Positions 38,691 through 52,159 of a DNA stretch of 64,000 nt are shown here, piece by piece. Both the position numbers and the translations under genes were made by a program. The notes under the pieces were generated by a model. It saw only the letters and a program-made list of their open reading frames with translations, was not told the DNA's origin and did not search any database. The stretch covers positions 59,770,001 to 59,834,000 of the forward strand of contig NW_024704742.1 in assembly GCF_018977255.1 (NCBI RefSeq), given 5' to 3'. The DNA is from Callorhinchus milii (taxonomy: Eukaryota). The number at the start of each line of letters is the position of its first letter. Within the stretch, counting starts at the first letter, position 1.

Positions 38691-40554
38691 CATTCCTCAA
38701 TGGTTACATACCCAGAGTAGGGTGAAAGGTTAAGTCAATCTATGACTTAAAACATGGCAAAAAACATTTTAGGGAATGGTGTTATGCATAAAGAATTCCC
38801 ATGAGAGCAAACAAATACATATTAAAGGAATACAGAGGTTCATTACGCTTTCCTGTATTTCGGACATCTGAATCAAATGCAAATCATTCATAGCCACAGT
38901 TTAGTTGGTCAAAACACAATAATTGTAATAATGAAGTATTCAGAAAATCATACTAAACATTTCTCCACGATAATGTTAAAATAAATTACTATATTTATAC
39001 AACAGAGAGTTGAAAGAACAATACAAAGAACAAAAAGTCTCACAAAATCATTGTTTCACTGCCTTTAAGAAGTTCAATTTCACACCATGTGTGTTTACAG
39101 AGATGCTGTTGTAAATACAATGTCAAGTGCTGGTGTCCATCCTTCCTCTCTCCACTTAAGGACAAAAGGCTGAAAACCCCAACAATTGCATTTGTATAGC
39201 GTCTTTAACATCAGGAAAACATTGTTGAATGTTTTAAGTTCAAAGAACAACAATATAAAGTATGTATAAGTGTGTGTAAAAACTATGTACAAAGGAAGGA
39301 GGGTGGCAACAAAGAGAAAATACAAATCTGATTGCAGCTGGATAGAAAATGAAAGAGAGAGAGAGAAAATTGCCTGCTTGTTTCAAAAAGAACTTGCTGT
39401 TGCAACCATTTTCTGAAACTGGTAACTTTTATATTTAGATTTCCATTATACGTATTTGAATTATTTTGCTCAATAAAGTATTTCATTCTGAAGAGACCTT
39501 TATTTAACTGATTAACAATGGCACACAGCAACATCCTACAAAAAGCTATGAGGTGAATGGCCAATTGTATTTTGGGAATTGTTGATTGTAGAAATGTTGC
39601 AGGACAGAAAGAGACCATTTAGCTGTAGTTAAACACAAATAAAAAGGTACGTCCCACCACATGCAGAGATGTTGTCAGATTCTCATCTAACCCAACAGTT
39701 TTGAATGAACGAATCATAAGAACATAACTCTGCCTGTTTAGATGGACCTTAAAGATCCCCTGCCACTATTCAAAAAGAGAAGGGAGTAATACAATACATT
39801 TTCACACAGGAGGATGTTTCAAAGTGCTTTTCATAGCTACCTACACTGGGCAAATCAAATCAGGCTGCACAATTGCGCTATGCAGCATAAAATATATTGA
39901 TGTCACGTGCAATAGCTTGTTAAATCATCATCATGAAATATTCATTGAGCATGGCTAAACTACAAGTCCCAGATCAATTGAGCAGTGTCTAAGTTGGTAT
40001 CAGCTTTAAGTACTTTACAATTAGGAGCAGGATATTTGGTTAATTTTGACTCCTGCTCTCATTCAGATGACCTCGAATGCAGGTCTGTCAAACTAAACTT
40101 AGTCTAAAAAGGAAAAACAGATATTTTTACTCAATAAGTGGAGAATAATGTCAGGTCCATTAAGGAATGTGGGAAATATTTAAAATTGACCTGCATAACT
40201 GATTTTAGACAGGGCTTGTGACTGTCCTCCTTGGGGAGATGTAAGTAGTGTCTCCTTGGATCTGAACTGATTCCAAGGTGACATTGTGTTTGTTTCCTGA
40301 ATGTCAAAATTCATTCAACCTTCGGTGTTGGTCTAGCTAAACCAGTTTCTGAGCCAGGCAGGTCTGCAGTATCTAGGGCACTGCTGAAGACAAACCAAGT
40401 TGGTTCATTGGATCAACTTGGAGGGCCAAACCAATCACTGGGAGCAACAATTAGACAAACTAAAGCGTGTCAATCTTGAAAAGACATCTGCAAGAATTTT
40501 AATGGGAATGAAAAGTAATGAGATATCAGCTACATAAAGTCAGCAGAACAAGAG

Positions 40555-40790
40555 GGAGCATGTTCAGGTTAGGACAATTTCCAGACAGACATCAGGAAGT
40601 ATTTCTTTAGCTAGAGGGTAATTAACATGACTGGAACCGGATACCAAGAATGGCTTTGAGGCCAAGATGCCAAATTCTTATTTTAATAAACAGCTTGATG
40701 TTGCGATGGGTGGGGGTGCTCTAGAAGCATGAGATCAAATGGACCAAAAATCTTTCTTCGTCTGAACCTCTCTTGCGATCTTATGAACAG
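40555..40790 (+). mobile_element. Old CR1 3' fragment
   Basis: CAGACATCAGGAAGTATTTCTTTAGCTAGAGGGTAATTAAC (R.YFFS.RVIN) followed by a CR1-type 3' UTR. Confidence 0.6.
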
Positions 40791-40875
40791 AGCAAAACTG
40801 AAATCTTCATAGAAGGCAGCAAAGTATATTCATTAGTGTGTGTGTGTATGTATATATAATATATATATAGTATAT

Positions 40876-41120
40876 CTTCCCCCAACCGCTAGAACTCTAT
40901 CCCCCAATCACTCTGCCTCGTCCCCTCCTTAGCCTCTTTCAAGTCCCGCCTCAAAACCCTCCTCTTCGACCATGCCATCGGTCACCCCCCTTACCCTGCC
41001 CTCCCTTCTCCCCCCTGACCCCAGCTCAGGTCTGAAATGCTGTACACTGTCCAGCGCCTTGGGACGTCCTCCCGACGTGAAAGGCACTATACAAATGTAA
41101 TCTTGTTGTTGTTGCTGTTG
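40876..41120 (+). mobile_element. L2 3' end
   Basis: FKSRLKTLLFDHA frame; tail CAGCGCCTTGGGACGTCCTCCCGACGTGAAAGGCAC...(TTG)n. Confidence 0.9.
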
Positions 41121-44100
41121 GTACACACCAAGTAATTTATAGATATCATACAACTTTTTTCTTTAGGCTATCTTCAGCTCAGCAAGGCAACTTGAACCAA
41201 ATACATGCTTTGTTATTGTCCACATGATCAATCCTTGTATTTAGAGCAGTGATGTTTCCTTTTCCAAAAGGTACCCCATCTGCAAACTAGAAACAATACA
41301 TATCATTCTACCTAAAACTACACAAGATACCACAGGATAATCACTATCCCCTTGCACCTGGCTGGAGAAAGAAAGAGGGACACAGAGAGAAACACTGAGC
41401 TGTGTTGTGAATGAATAGAGGCAGAGACACCTAAGGTGAGTCTAATTATTACTGGTTATTCTACCCTATAAGATCAATCTTTAAGGATATCTCTACATGG
41501 TTTCCTTTTCCATATCTATTTTTCAAAAACCCATCGCTGCAGCAACAGATAAACAGAAATCAAGCAATCCACAATTCCTTTGCTCAGACAGCTTGGTGCC
41601 ATTGCAGTGACTCTCATTAGCCTTCTGCATCACTTGCTTTCTTGATCTAAATCTTTTGCTTCTCATCTGCAATTAGGGACATTAGAGCCATTAGGAGTAT
41701 CTTCAGGAAAGCCATTAGTCCCTGTTATCAAACAGTAAATCGAAAAACTTCAAACATATAGGATACTCCATTACTCAATGACTCTTGTCCCTTTTACATT
41801 ACTGAAACAATTCATAATGAAAAATGACTTGGCCCACCCAGAACCAAATTTAGACAAACTGTTTTCAGATCTTCCATTCCCTCTTCTATATGAAGGAGAT
41901 CTGATTCCTTAATGAAAATCATCAGTGACTGAGTAAAGTAATGAATTCAGAATTCTGCGTAAACTAAATACAACATGAAGTGTACCTTTTGGCAAAGGCA
42001 TTAATATACTTTACCTCGTCAACTTGATAGAAACGTTCTTCTGTGTGCTTTTATTGTGGGGAGGAGGGGGGGAGTGGAGGGCTAAAACACAATCTTTTTA
42101 ATCTAATTGATAATTTGTGAAATCTGAATGGCTAAATGGAACCCACCAACATCTCCTGATGCTCCTGTACAAACTATCTCCCAGACACACTATATAACAC
42201 ATTACCTAGTGAGGTTTAACTTTCCATCAATGTGCAACTATCTTTTCCCAAGTTGACTGGATCAACAAACTATAATTGATTGCCAGAGAGCACAAAAGGC
42301 GAAGCCAGTTCAGCATTTTGATCTTCAACAAACTAAATGTTGTGGATCCCATTGTTTTTAATTGAAAATGTGCTCTGCATGAACCGTAATTGAAGTCATA
42401 ATATTGCTTTTCGAACTGTGAAAAAACAGATTGTTCGAGTTACCTACTCCAAACAGTCATTAATGTGCGGGCACCAAGTGGTTTAAGATTCCAACAGAAG
42501 TGTAGCTACATGGTTTATTAGCCGCAGAAGGAACATTAACATTTCAATTAGTATTTTAGAGCAAAGTTGGTGCCCACTGTTCTGCTTTTGTAACTAGTCT
42601 CCAAAATATTAAGTAACAGTGTATGTATGATGCATTTCTTCTTTTGTTCAACATTAAAATTAATTTAAGTAATGGGATATGTACCCATCTCATTATGTTC
42701 TATATATTAGCTGCTTATATTGTAGAAATTTCAGAGCATGTTAAAATTATTCAAGCATCTCAGCAAGCATCTCAGCGTGGACCAGGTGCTGAACATTTCC
42801 TCTCTCACCATAGCACAGCACCCTCCTGACCAAGCTAAATGGTTAGGAATTTCTCTCTGGAATACCCATTCTTAATTAGATAAAGACATCATCTAACAAA
42901 CAAAATTGACTCTACAAATAAAACTAATTATGATGCCAATATGGCAATTGTATTATTTTAAAAATCCAACATTTGTAATTTGGACCTCATTTGAAATCAT
43001 AGAAAGTTCACGTCACAGATGTAGACCAGGTGTGTGTGCTGGTGCTTTCTCCCCCACTTATCTAATACAATACCAGCCACACTCTTTAATCACGCCCTTT
43101 AATATTATATTTCCTCAAGAATGCTTCCAATTTCTTTTCAATGTTATTATGGTCTCAGCTTCATAACCATTTAACGTTAAGGTAACACATACTTCTACAA
43201 CCCGCTAGGTACAAAAATGCCTTTCAACAGCCCTCCCTTTCTTCCCATTTTAATCTTCAATTGTTGTCATATTGTTGCGCCTCTTTGAATAACTTGTTGA
43301 TCAAAGGAAACCATCTCTCTATTTACCATATCAAAACCATGGTGCAGCCACATCTTGCACTTTAGCAGTTAAGCAGAAGCACTGGGATAATACAATGGGT
43401 AATTTTCTCGGAGGTTTCTTATTATTGGTGTCAGCAGTGCCAGGCTTTTTTTCACTAATCATAGGCTATCTAAAATGTAATAAATAATCTATCCAGGCTG
43501 ATAACAACACTGTTACCTTTCAATTTTGAGACAAAAGTTTGAAGGCGGATCTATCAAACCATTGGCATGGGAAAACAGGAAGGCATCCCATATTGCCTGT
43601 TCCCTCAGTTTAATAGATCCTGGCAGATTTTTAAGTCCCAAAGTCTCACCCTTTTGTCATGCTCTGAGACCGAGAAGCTCCAAGATGATCCCTTGAGATA
43701 TTTTCTTTGGTGCAACATTCCAACTCATAGATCTAGTTCACATTTATTTGAATCCTATTTTTCTCCCAATCTTATTCAAGGCTAGTACACTGGGAAGTGC
43801 TGTAAAGTGTTTTTCATGTTAATACTATCACATCAGAAATTCAAGCCATGCTCATGACTCATTCAATGTTGTCCACTGGCCCCTCCCAACTTGATCAAAA
43901 TGGTCAGTGTCTGATTTTTGTCCCAATGACAAGGGCTTCTCCTAAACCCTCAGAAAATCAAAGCGGGTCCAATATCCAGTTACCCAGCTAGAAAAGGAGA
44001 GAATAATACTCATTCAATCCCTGCTACTCCAACAATGGTATTCAGCTGGTAAATAATACTTCAGTTATGTGTGGATTCTTCAAATCCACAAATAACCGAA

Positions 44101-44535
44101 TTGAACTCCTCAATTACAATTACTCAGGTCATCTAAACTGTACGTTTTGTAAATTCAAACAATATTCACAATAATCATTTGCAAATGATCAGATAGACCA
44201 CCCACAACAAGAGTGCAAAACAATACTTGGATAACTTTACCACAAAAAATGCTCATACTTGATATGTTAAACATCAGAATATGAGATGCCAAGAAAACAA
44301 ATATTGTTTATGCCTACACATCAGTCTTATCAATTTAATCTAGAAACATTTTTTACGATGTAAGAAAAACAATGCAGAATGTACATCGGAGGAGATTCAT
44401 TCTCACATTATTGTTTAATATGTGATTTCAATCTTCAACTATTAGACAATTGTTACAAATACAATGTTCAGACTGCAAGAAATTCATTTATTTTGATATA
44501 GGAAACATATACAGAAGAAATGAAGCTCGACTTAC

Positions 44536-44571
44536 CACTTCTTTACTTCTCAGAGTTCTTTCAGTATTGAC
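44536..44571 (-). CDS. Candidate 36-nt in-frame micro-exon (VNTERTLRSKEV); gene unidentified
   Basis: Minus strand cctttgctatatctttgcAG|GTCAAT...GAAGTG|GTAAGT: strong acceptor and consensus donor. Only phase 0 is open. The site lies in unique sequence. Confidence 0.5.
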
Positions 44572-44759
44572 CTGCAAAGATATAGCAAAGGTATTATTGA
44601 GTTGACTGGTTATTGAAAGCAATTCTATTTTACAGCAGATTGGTGATGAGAGATTCAAATATGCATGACTAGGAATTTATGGAGATTTTAGATTGCCCAG
44701 AATTAGTCTTTATTTTATAGTCAGTTTACCATAGTTCTCAAAATACTGAGAGTAGGGAT

Positions 44760-45140
44760 TCTTTTTGTTCCCATTAACAATGCAAGCCAAAGCCCTAGTG
44801 GGTAGTGTAGACCTAGCTGGACAGCCGTGGGAAGTTTACCAGATAGTGCAATGAATGGTAAGCTATGCGGTTTTAGCTGTTTAAACTCCAGCAGGACTCC
44901 AACACACACTCCGGGTCCCCAAGCCTTAGCTCTTATCACCCTGCATCTAATTCTCCCTAGATTGAATTAGGAAAGCAGGGCATGACCTTCCAGGGAAGAG
45001 AGAGTGCACATTCCCAGCCACAGGGAAATTTGCATGAGTACATGGCAGATATGTGGAATACTCAGTCTGTTTTGGATACTCCTAAATATGGTGATGGGTT
45101 TCCAAAGTCAGCCATCTGGCTTATTAAACAATCTTAAAAT
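44760..45140 (-). mobile_element. Ancient RTE-like LINE fragment
   Basis: CAAGCCAAAGCCCTAGTGGG...CTAGCTGGACAGCCGTGGGAAG...CCTTCCAGGGAAGAGAGAGTGCACA; the reverse complement includes HGCPA, compare LYGCETW. Confidence 0.55.
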
Positions 45141-45929
45141 AACAAATGGAAAGCCTTCTTACAACAATAACATTTACATTTATATAGTGTCTTTCATATC
45201 AGAAGGACATCCCAAGGTACTGAACAATCCTGGCTTGGCCCTCAAGCTGGATGCGAGAATATGTTGGTGGGAGGGGAAAGATGACTGAAAGCACAGTCAA
45301 AGGGGTAGTCTTCAAAACTAAGGCTAAATTTAACAATTAGCTGAATTCTGGATGCTCTAAAATCTATATAAAATAGAGCAAATCTAGACCCAGGTGAAAT
45401 TTCTTCTCAGCAATGTTTCAAAACAGGTTTGATGTGATGGTTGTTAAGAAACATGGAAAATTCAATTGATAATTATTAACTGGTTTCAAGTGACTTACCC
45501 TCAGTTTTGTTTAATTAATTTAGCCAAATAGTAACCAAATCATCAGACACCTTTTCTACTCCCAAGTGGTCAATGTCAATGTAGTTTCACAACAGAGTAC
45601 AGAAATTGAGTGCTGCTTCAAAGATACCACCTTAAGACAACTATAATTGTCACCCCATAAAGCATCAACATACACCTTGATCTGAAAACAAGCTTACACT
45701 TCTCTTAACTTCAATCTATGGTAGAACTTGAAACCCAATTACTGAGCTGCCTTGGTTTGTGTTTGCAATGCTCCATATATACTGCACAGATCAATACTAA
45801 ACGTGCAGTATCAATCCAGTTTGAGGCACATTCATTTGATTCAGAGCTGTTCTCCCAAAAACTATCTACAGAAATCTATTTCCCAACAGATCTGAGTTTA
45901 ATGCAGTTGGTCACTTATTTACTGCTCCA

Positions 45930-46080
45930 TTAGTGATTTTTGTTGGTCACCAGGTGTCTGATACCCATGGAAACTGATCAGCATGCTAATGATCATCTAA
46001 ACCAGGTTATTGAAAGTCCCACATGCCTCTATGTATGGACATTTCAGTTTATCTGGTGTGGCATATGTTCTCTCCCCCCT
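45930..46080 (+). mobile_element. Ancient RTE-like LINE fragment (5'-most block)
   Basis: TTGGTCACCAGGTGTCTGATAC matches 13642 and 55078. Confidence 0.4.
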
Positions 46081-47223
46081 ATTATTTTAAAAGCTCTCGC
46101 CCTTGGACCAACCTGAAGATTGTACTTCCCCCCCAACAATATTAATAAAAAACTGGTTAAGGTCTGGCACTTTAAAAAAAATAGCATTTAATGCTCTTCG
46201 TGTACATTAGTACATCTCATTAGTACATCTCTCATTAGTACACAAGCACAGACCTCTCCTTGAGCCCCTGTGTAGACAGAGGTTCTGGAGCATGGAGTTA
46301 GATATTGCATTAAGAATGGAAATATGTACAACCAAGATGATCACATCTACATAGTTCTAACCCCAGAAATTTTGGATTATGGACAAAGTGGTTGAATAAG
46401 AGAATGTGAGGGAATCTGTGGGATGTTGTATGGAAATGGGGAAAATACAAATGTTGAATAACAACTAAACAGAAAGGGTGAGGAAAGGAAATGGTTGTCT
46501 GTAGATATTTTATGATCCATTCAACAATATTTTTGATTGCATAGAAAAGAAGCAGCAGTAGAAAATGCCTGAATAAACATTGCTCAAAGTGACTTGTTGC
46601 TCGTTTCTAAATTAGAATTTTGGCACAGTGTTTGAATTATTTTGTAGAATAAATAATTCTTCCGGATATAGTCAAACTATTACAGTATTATGTTCATCTT
46701 GGGAAGATTTTCATGGTGTTTTTGCACAATGCCTTGATGATACAAAATAATGATATGTCACTGGTCTCGGTGCTTTTTCAGCTTAAATCAAATAACAACA
46801 TAATAACTTTACAAATGCAAAATGGATGTGATAAACAGATAATTTCCCTGAGAAACAATTGTTTTTAAATCTTCATCTCTGAGGAAAATTATGATATAAT
46901 CATCAAAATTAAAAATAATTCATCACCATCCTGTAATGTTATCCCAGATCCGGTTGTGGTTCAAATGAAGTATCTCTTATTGTTCCTTGGTGCCAAGAAA
47001 GATCCTAATGACAGCTATAAAAGGCATGGCTAGCCAACAAAGGTGCAATGGAATGAGATTAGCCTGCATTAAAACACATTAGCCTGAGTGCACAATCAGC
47101 TCTTTAATGCTTCAATCCCATTCGCTAAAAACAATGTTGCCAGATTATAAAACATTATTGAACAGAGATGAATTGAGATAAAGTTTATAAACAAAGATAA
47201 AGTGCATTAAACAGGGCTAGTGT

Positions 47224-47584
47224 ATTAGTAATAATCGTTGCATTTGATCACGTTTACGAGATGTCTCAAAGCGGTTCACAGAATATACTGTAAAGTAAAT
47301 TGACTATATACGTTTTGTGGGTGAACAGTGGCAGCCAATTACGCACAGCAGTATCCCGCAAATAGTAATGGATTAAATGACCAAATTATTATTATTTTCA
47401 AGGGATTATTACCCCCGGAAAAGCAATCAGCCAATCGACTAACATCTGGGTTCCTACCTATTGCTAGATAAATAGAGGCGTGTTGAGTAAGGAAACTTGC
47501 CTAATCTTTCGCCCTGCCAGGGAATCGAATGCAGATCCTCTCGCTTGTGGGGCGAGTGCTCTAACCAATATGCTTCAGGACTCC
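47224..47584 (-). mobile_element. tRNA-Ala-derived SINE, long form
   Basis: Reverse complement GGAGTCCTG...GGTTAGAGCACTCGC...TTCGATTCCC, central GCCTCT.TTTA..TAGCA...AGGAACCC block, Deu body and tail. Confidence 0.9.
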
Positions 47585-48613
47585 ACAGAATTAAAGTGAA
47601 AATGATAATTTTCAGATTCATATTTGCCCAAGTCATTGATTTAAGTTGACGTGAAAGGTGCTATACAAATGTAATTTGTTGTTGTTGTTGAGCATATTTT
47701 AGATTCTCTGATCCAAGAAATTGTTGGGCTCATCTTCCAAAGCAGTTATCATGCTAAACTAGGCCAAGAAAATAATTTACGCAATAGCAAATCTTGACTC
47801 TGCATATTTAAGTAACAACGGAAACATATCATTCACAAGTAAAGAATCGCGATCTTATGACTTACTATATTTTTCGTAACCACAATGCAACCTTGCTACA
47901 GTATGGGTTAGTTTGCAAGTTCACAAGATTACCAGCCTTTGTCAAGTAAGATAACCTTAACCAATGTGGGTAGTAGTGTTATTGTTGATTTTAAGATTGG
48001 GAGATGAGGCAATGCTTTGGCTTCGCTCAGTTGACCGTGCTGGAAAGTACTACAACACATTTATTTACTTTCTACTTCGCTTGCCAAATACTGTAATATG
48101 CCATTTTTCTAACCTGTCTATGTCCTCTTATAATCTCTGGCAATCTTATTCACTCTTTGCCATTCTTCTAATTTGATATCATCTGCTGATTTTGAGGCAA
48201 TTACCCAAATGCCTAGGTCCATTTCTGCAGCACTAGTGATATAATTGGAAAAAAAAGCCAATACTTTGGTTCTGATTATATGTCACATCATTGTAAAATT
48301 TATAATGACTTCAAAGACATTTTGTAATTCTAGTTATATTGTGATTTTATAAATCTATTTCATCTCTGGACTACAATTCTTCTGCTTCCAAAAGACTAAA
48401 GCTTGTTAAGGTTAGTTGGGTAAACTATTTGTGAATACATGCATATTGTACATGGTGGGTTAATAGATGTGTATAGAGGGAATTATAGGTCCCCTTAATC
48501 ATGAAATCTTCAATGAAAAGATTTAGGTGTAGATTATAGAAAAGAATAACTCCTTTTCATGGTTTGTTGACCAAATAATTGAAGGCATTTGCAATTCCTT
48601 CCAAATACAAGTA

Positions 48614-48776
48614 CAGTAAACCTTACATAAGTCATATCAAATGGGTCCATACATTTAATATGACTTATGCAAAATATGTGTAATTTCAAACCTGCATAAG
48701 ATAAACTCTTGAATGGGACTTGAGTAGATGAATGAATTTGGCCATTATTCAGATCAGACTTATATGAGTTTTAATG
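48614..48776. mobile_element. pogo/Tigger-like MITE relic
   Basis: TA|CAGTAAACCTTACATAAGTC ... GACTTATATGAGTTTTAATG|TA: imperfect terminal inverted repeats (16/20 match) with TA flanks and an internal inverted repeat. Confidence 0.5.
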
Positions 48777-49337
48777 TATTTGTTTATGGTTTACACATGG
48801 TATGTATTTACATAGTTGATACAATTTCCATATTGCGCCCCTATTCCACCAAAACACCCCATCATGCAGGAAACTAATAATACTAAACACATTCAGCAGG
48901 AATACAGGGGAGAGCTGTACAGGGATGTGCAGAGTTAGTCCAAGTATGGGGGAGCACAAGGCCTACAACTCCTCTGAAAGCCATCATGGAAGGAACACTC
49001 TTACCATGATGATAATATCCAAGCTTTCTTCCTTCACCTCCTCTACCACCTCCCACACACGCACGCACACATCAAAAACACACATTCCATTTCAGATGAT
49101 TAAGGGCAATTGTTTAGGCACTGCAAGTTGTGTTTTGGCATGTACACATTCTCTCAGGTGACACCTTCAGCACAGCTTGTGATGGTTGATGTAAGTGTCA
49201 TTGTTTTGATTAACCCAGAATAACCCCACGATCCAGCAAGTGTCTTAAAATCAGTTTATTATTTCAATAAATGATTTATACTCATCTTGCTGTCACATAC
49301 TTATTTACAATGACAACAATAACTTGCATTTATATGT

Positions 49338-49642
49338 GGAGTCCTGTAGCTCAGTGGTTAGAGCACTCGCTTTGCAAGCGAGAGACCTGAGTTCAATTCC
49401 AGGGAGGGCGAAACCTTGGGCAAGTTTCCTTACTCCACACGCCTAATAATAATCCCTCCAAAAACCAAAAACAATAATAAATTGGTCATTTCAATCTACG
49501 ACTGTTTGTGGGACATTGCTGTGCGCAATTGGCTGCCGCGTTTGCCCACAAATATACAGTCAATTCATTTTACAGTGTGTTCTGTGAAGCACTTTGGGAC
49601 GTCCTCCCGACGTGAAAAGCACTATATCAAATGCAAGGATTA
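49338..49642 (+). mobile_element. Young tRNA-Ala-derived SINE, short form, full length
   Basis: A box TAGCTCAGTGG, anticodon arm CTCGC-TTTGCAA-GCGAG, B box GTTCAATTCC, Deu body, L2-type tail. It sits inside an old antisense L2 tail. Confidence 0.95.
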
Positions 49643-51514
49643 GATTAGCACCCTCCACGCATCTGGGAGCGCTTCAAACACATTTAGTTGTGCTCATGAG
49701 CCTCTCAGAGCTATGGAATTTTCTCAGGTCACTTTATTATATTGTGGACCTCTCCCTACCCCAGTTAGGTGCCACTGTACAGTGGCAGAGTTGGACGCTG
49801 AGCAGGGGAGGAAGGGGAGAGGGAGTGAGGGATTGAGACCGATTTTTAGAGATTAGGGCTTAGATGTTGCAATAGAGTGGCTATTAAGAGTTTCTACAAA
49901 ACCAGTGCTGATTTGAAGAAAAAAATACAGCAATAACTGTTCTACTTTAAACATATATCCAGAGGAATTGAACGTGTAATGACTTCCAGGTAGCATTAGT
50001 CTCTAAATAATTACTCAGATATGGCAAACATTTTTATCCATTATTTTTAATGTTCTTTGGATGCAATTTGTTCCACATGGTTGTGTCTAAATTTTGTGAA
50101 AAATATACTCCAGTATAGCAATCATTGCAGAATAACAATCCTGCCCCACCTTAATAACCAAGCAGGTGATGAACACTTATATAATGACAGAAATTAAATA
50201 GGAAAGCAGTCAATTATTATTTAATGCAAGGATGATAAAGGGAGGAACAGGCAGCAGCCACCTTCCCTCAAATGCTATCTTCCTTGCTCCTTTGAAACAT
50301 TGCTCATTTAATTGTTGTAAAGCATTCCCACCAACTCTGTGGTTAACTGTAATTAGCAACTACTACAGGAACAGGAAAACAGTGTAGTTGATTGATATAT
50401 GGATCACTGCATAAATTTTATTTCTTTCTCTTGTAATTATATTTCTGTAATTGAAGACTATTTGGAAGTAGATGTAAACACATTTACACCAAAGGTTGCA
50501 CTGCTGTAAGGTTACATATTAACCAACTACCCCTCTCTCCAAAATATTCATTAATGAGACCTCTGAAGTTCATAATGAGATGTCAACCACCTGCTCGGAT
50601 GCAGATCCCTGACTGTCCAGTGCTTTGGGATGTCCTCCTGATGTGAAAGAAGCTATATAAATGTAATTTGTTGTTGTTGTTATCAGATTTTATCAAGATA
50701 GCAAAAAAAAGTGTAAAAAAATGGAGGAATTCCAAATTTTCATAGGTGGCCATCCAAGAAATCACTTTTGATCAACCTCAGAGGGGTGACTTTTATTTGG
50801 TAATATTACTGGTTTAATTTTACTTGAGTTTCTTAGTAAATGTGATGGTTGGAGCACAAGCCACATTCAAAATACAACTAAAACATTCCTGTTAATTGTT
50901 CACACTCCAAAGTTTAGTGGGAACTTCAGTTTATGGCTGCTGCATTACACCTACAAAATACTCTGTCAATTCATTTTACAATATAGTCTATGAAGCATTT
51001 TGAGAAGTCTCAACGTGATAAGATGCTATACCTATTGCAAAGATTATTATTTTTGCAGCTCCAGTTAAAATTAATTATTGAACTTAAATATTTTAGTGAA
51101 TTGTACTGCACATTGAAATAATGAAATGTATTAAAACGAAATGAAATATTGTCCCCAGTAATCAGTGAAAGTATTGTGGAACTCTCAGAAAAAAAATTAT
51201 AAAGTTAAGTGATACAATATTATTCAATTTACATAGCACTTTTCACTTTGGAAGGATATCGCAAAACACCAAGTTTGAAAAAGCGTAATAGAGAAGTTTC
51301 ACAGGCTTAAGCTCCCAGAAAAAAAATGACTGAGGGAAGGCAATGATGGGATCTAACTCTAGAATTGATGATTTTGGTTTCAACTTTGAGAAAATAAAGG
51401 AGGAAAGTTCCACCAGTACATTTGGGGTCTTGGAAACGAGACACAAAAGTTCATTAGAACATTGACCAGAATAATGTCAACAAGAGGTATAGAAAAGATC
51501 CTGTTGAAGTCACA

Positions 51515-51860
51515 AGATCATAAAATTTGTTTGGATGAAGAAGGCCATTCAGGCCATCTGATCTTATCCTTCCAGAACACCCACCCTACCATTCACCCCC
51601 CACCCCCCCATCACTGCATCAAGCCGCTTTTTAAATTAGTCCAGGGTCCTGGGCTCTACCACATTTCCTGTTCCTATTCTAGTCCTTGATTACCCTCTGT
51701 GGAAATAAAATCATCCAGGTATCTATTCTGAAATTGCACTTTACAACTCTAAATCTATATCCTCTTGTTCTACTGTCTTGATGCATCAATCTTAAAGTAG
51801 TGATCTGGGTTTGCTTCTTCAATCATATTTAAAATGTTATACACCTCCATGAGGTCCCAT
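51515..51860 (-). mobile_element. Old CR1 3' fragment
   Basis: GATGAAGAAGGCCATTCAGGCCATC tail; TACCCTCTGTGGAAATAAAA and CCTCTTGTTCTA (reverse of RTRG) motifs. Confidence 0.55.
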
Positions 51861-52159
51861 TGGAGCTCTAACTTGTGAGAGTTTGGAAGACATATGGAAT
51901 AATGGGAATGGTATTCAATCTTGGATAAACTTGGGATTCATAGAGATGTCAAGCGAAACTTGCCAATATTTTGCTGCACAAATGGAAAACAAGAAAAGTG
52001 CAGTGTGATTCTTGCCATTTCTTTCACAAGTGATGCTTAGTGACTTGCTGAGAAATGCCATGTGTTGTTGAAATAAAGAAAGATTTCAATCGATAACTCA
52101 AACCAAAGTAGATTTAGAAGCTCCAAATTAATTTCTCATTGGTCTATTACAGAATAATG

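Noticed and set aside
46201..46243. Three copies of CATTAGTACA(TCT); other small tandem duplications near 27358, 37027, 42752 and 59390
   Set aside because: Ordinary slippage duplications with no spacer structure; not CRISPR-like.
49338..49410. tRNA-Ala genes (also 57828, 60640-60709, 61442)
   Set aside because: Each continues into a SINE body and tail and lacks a proper acceptor stem; these are SINE heads.
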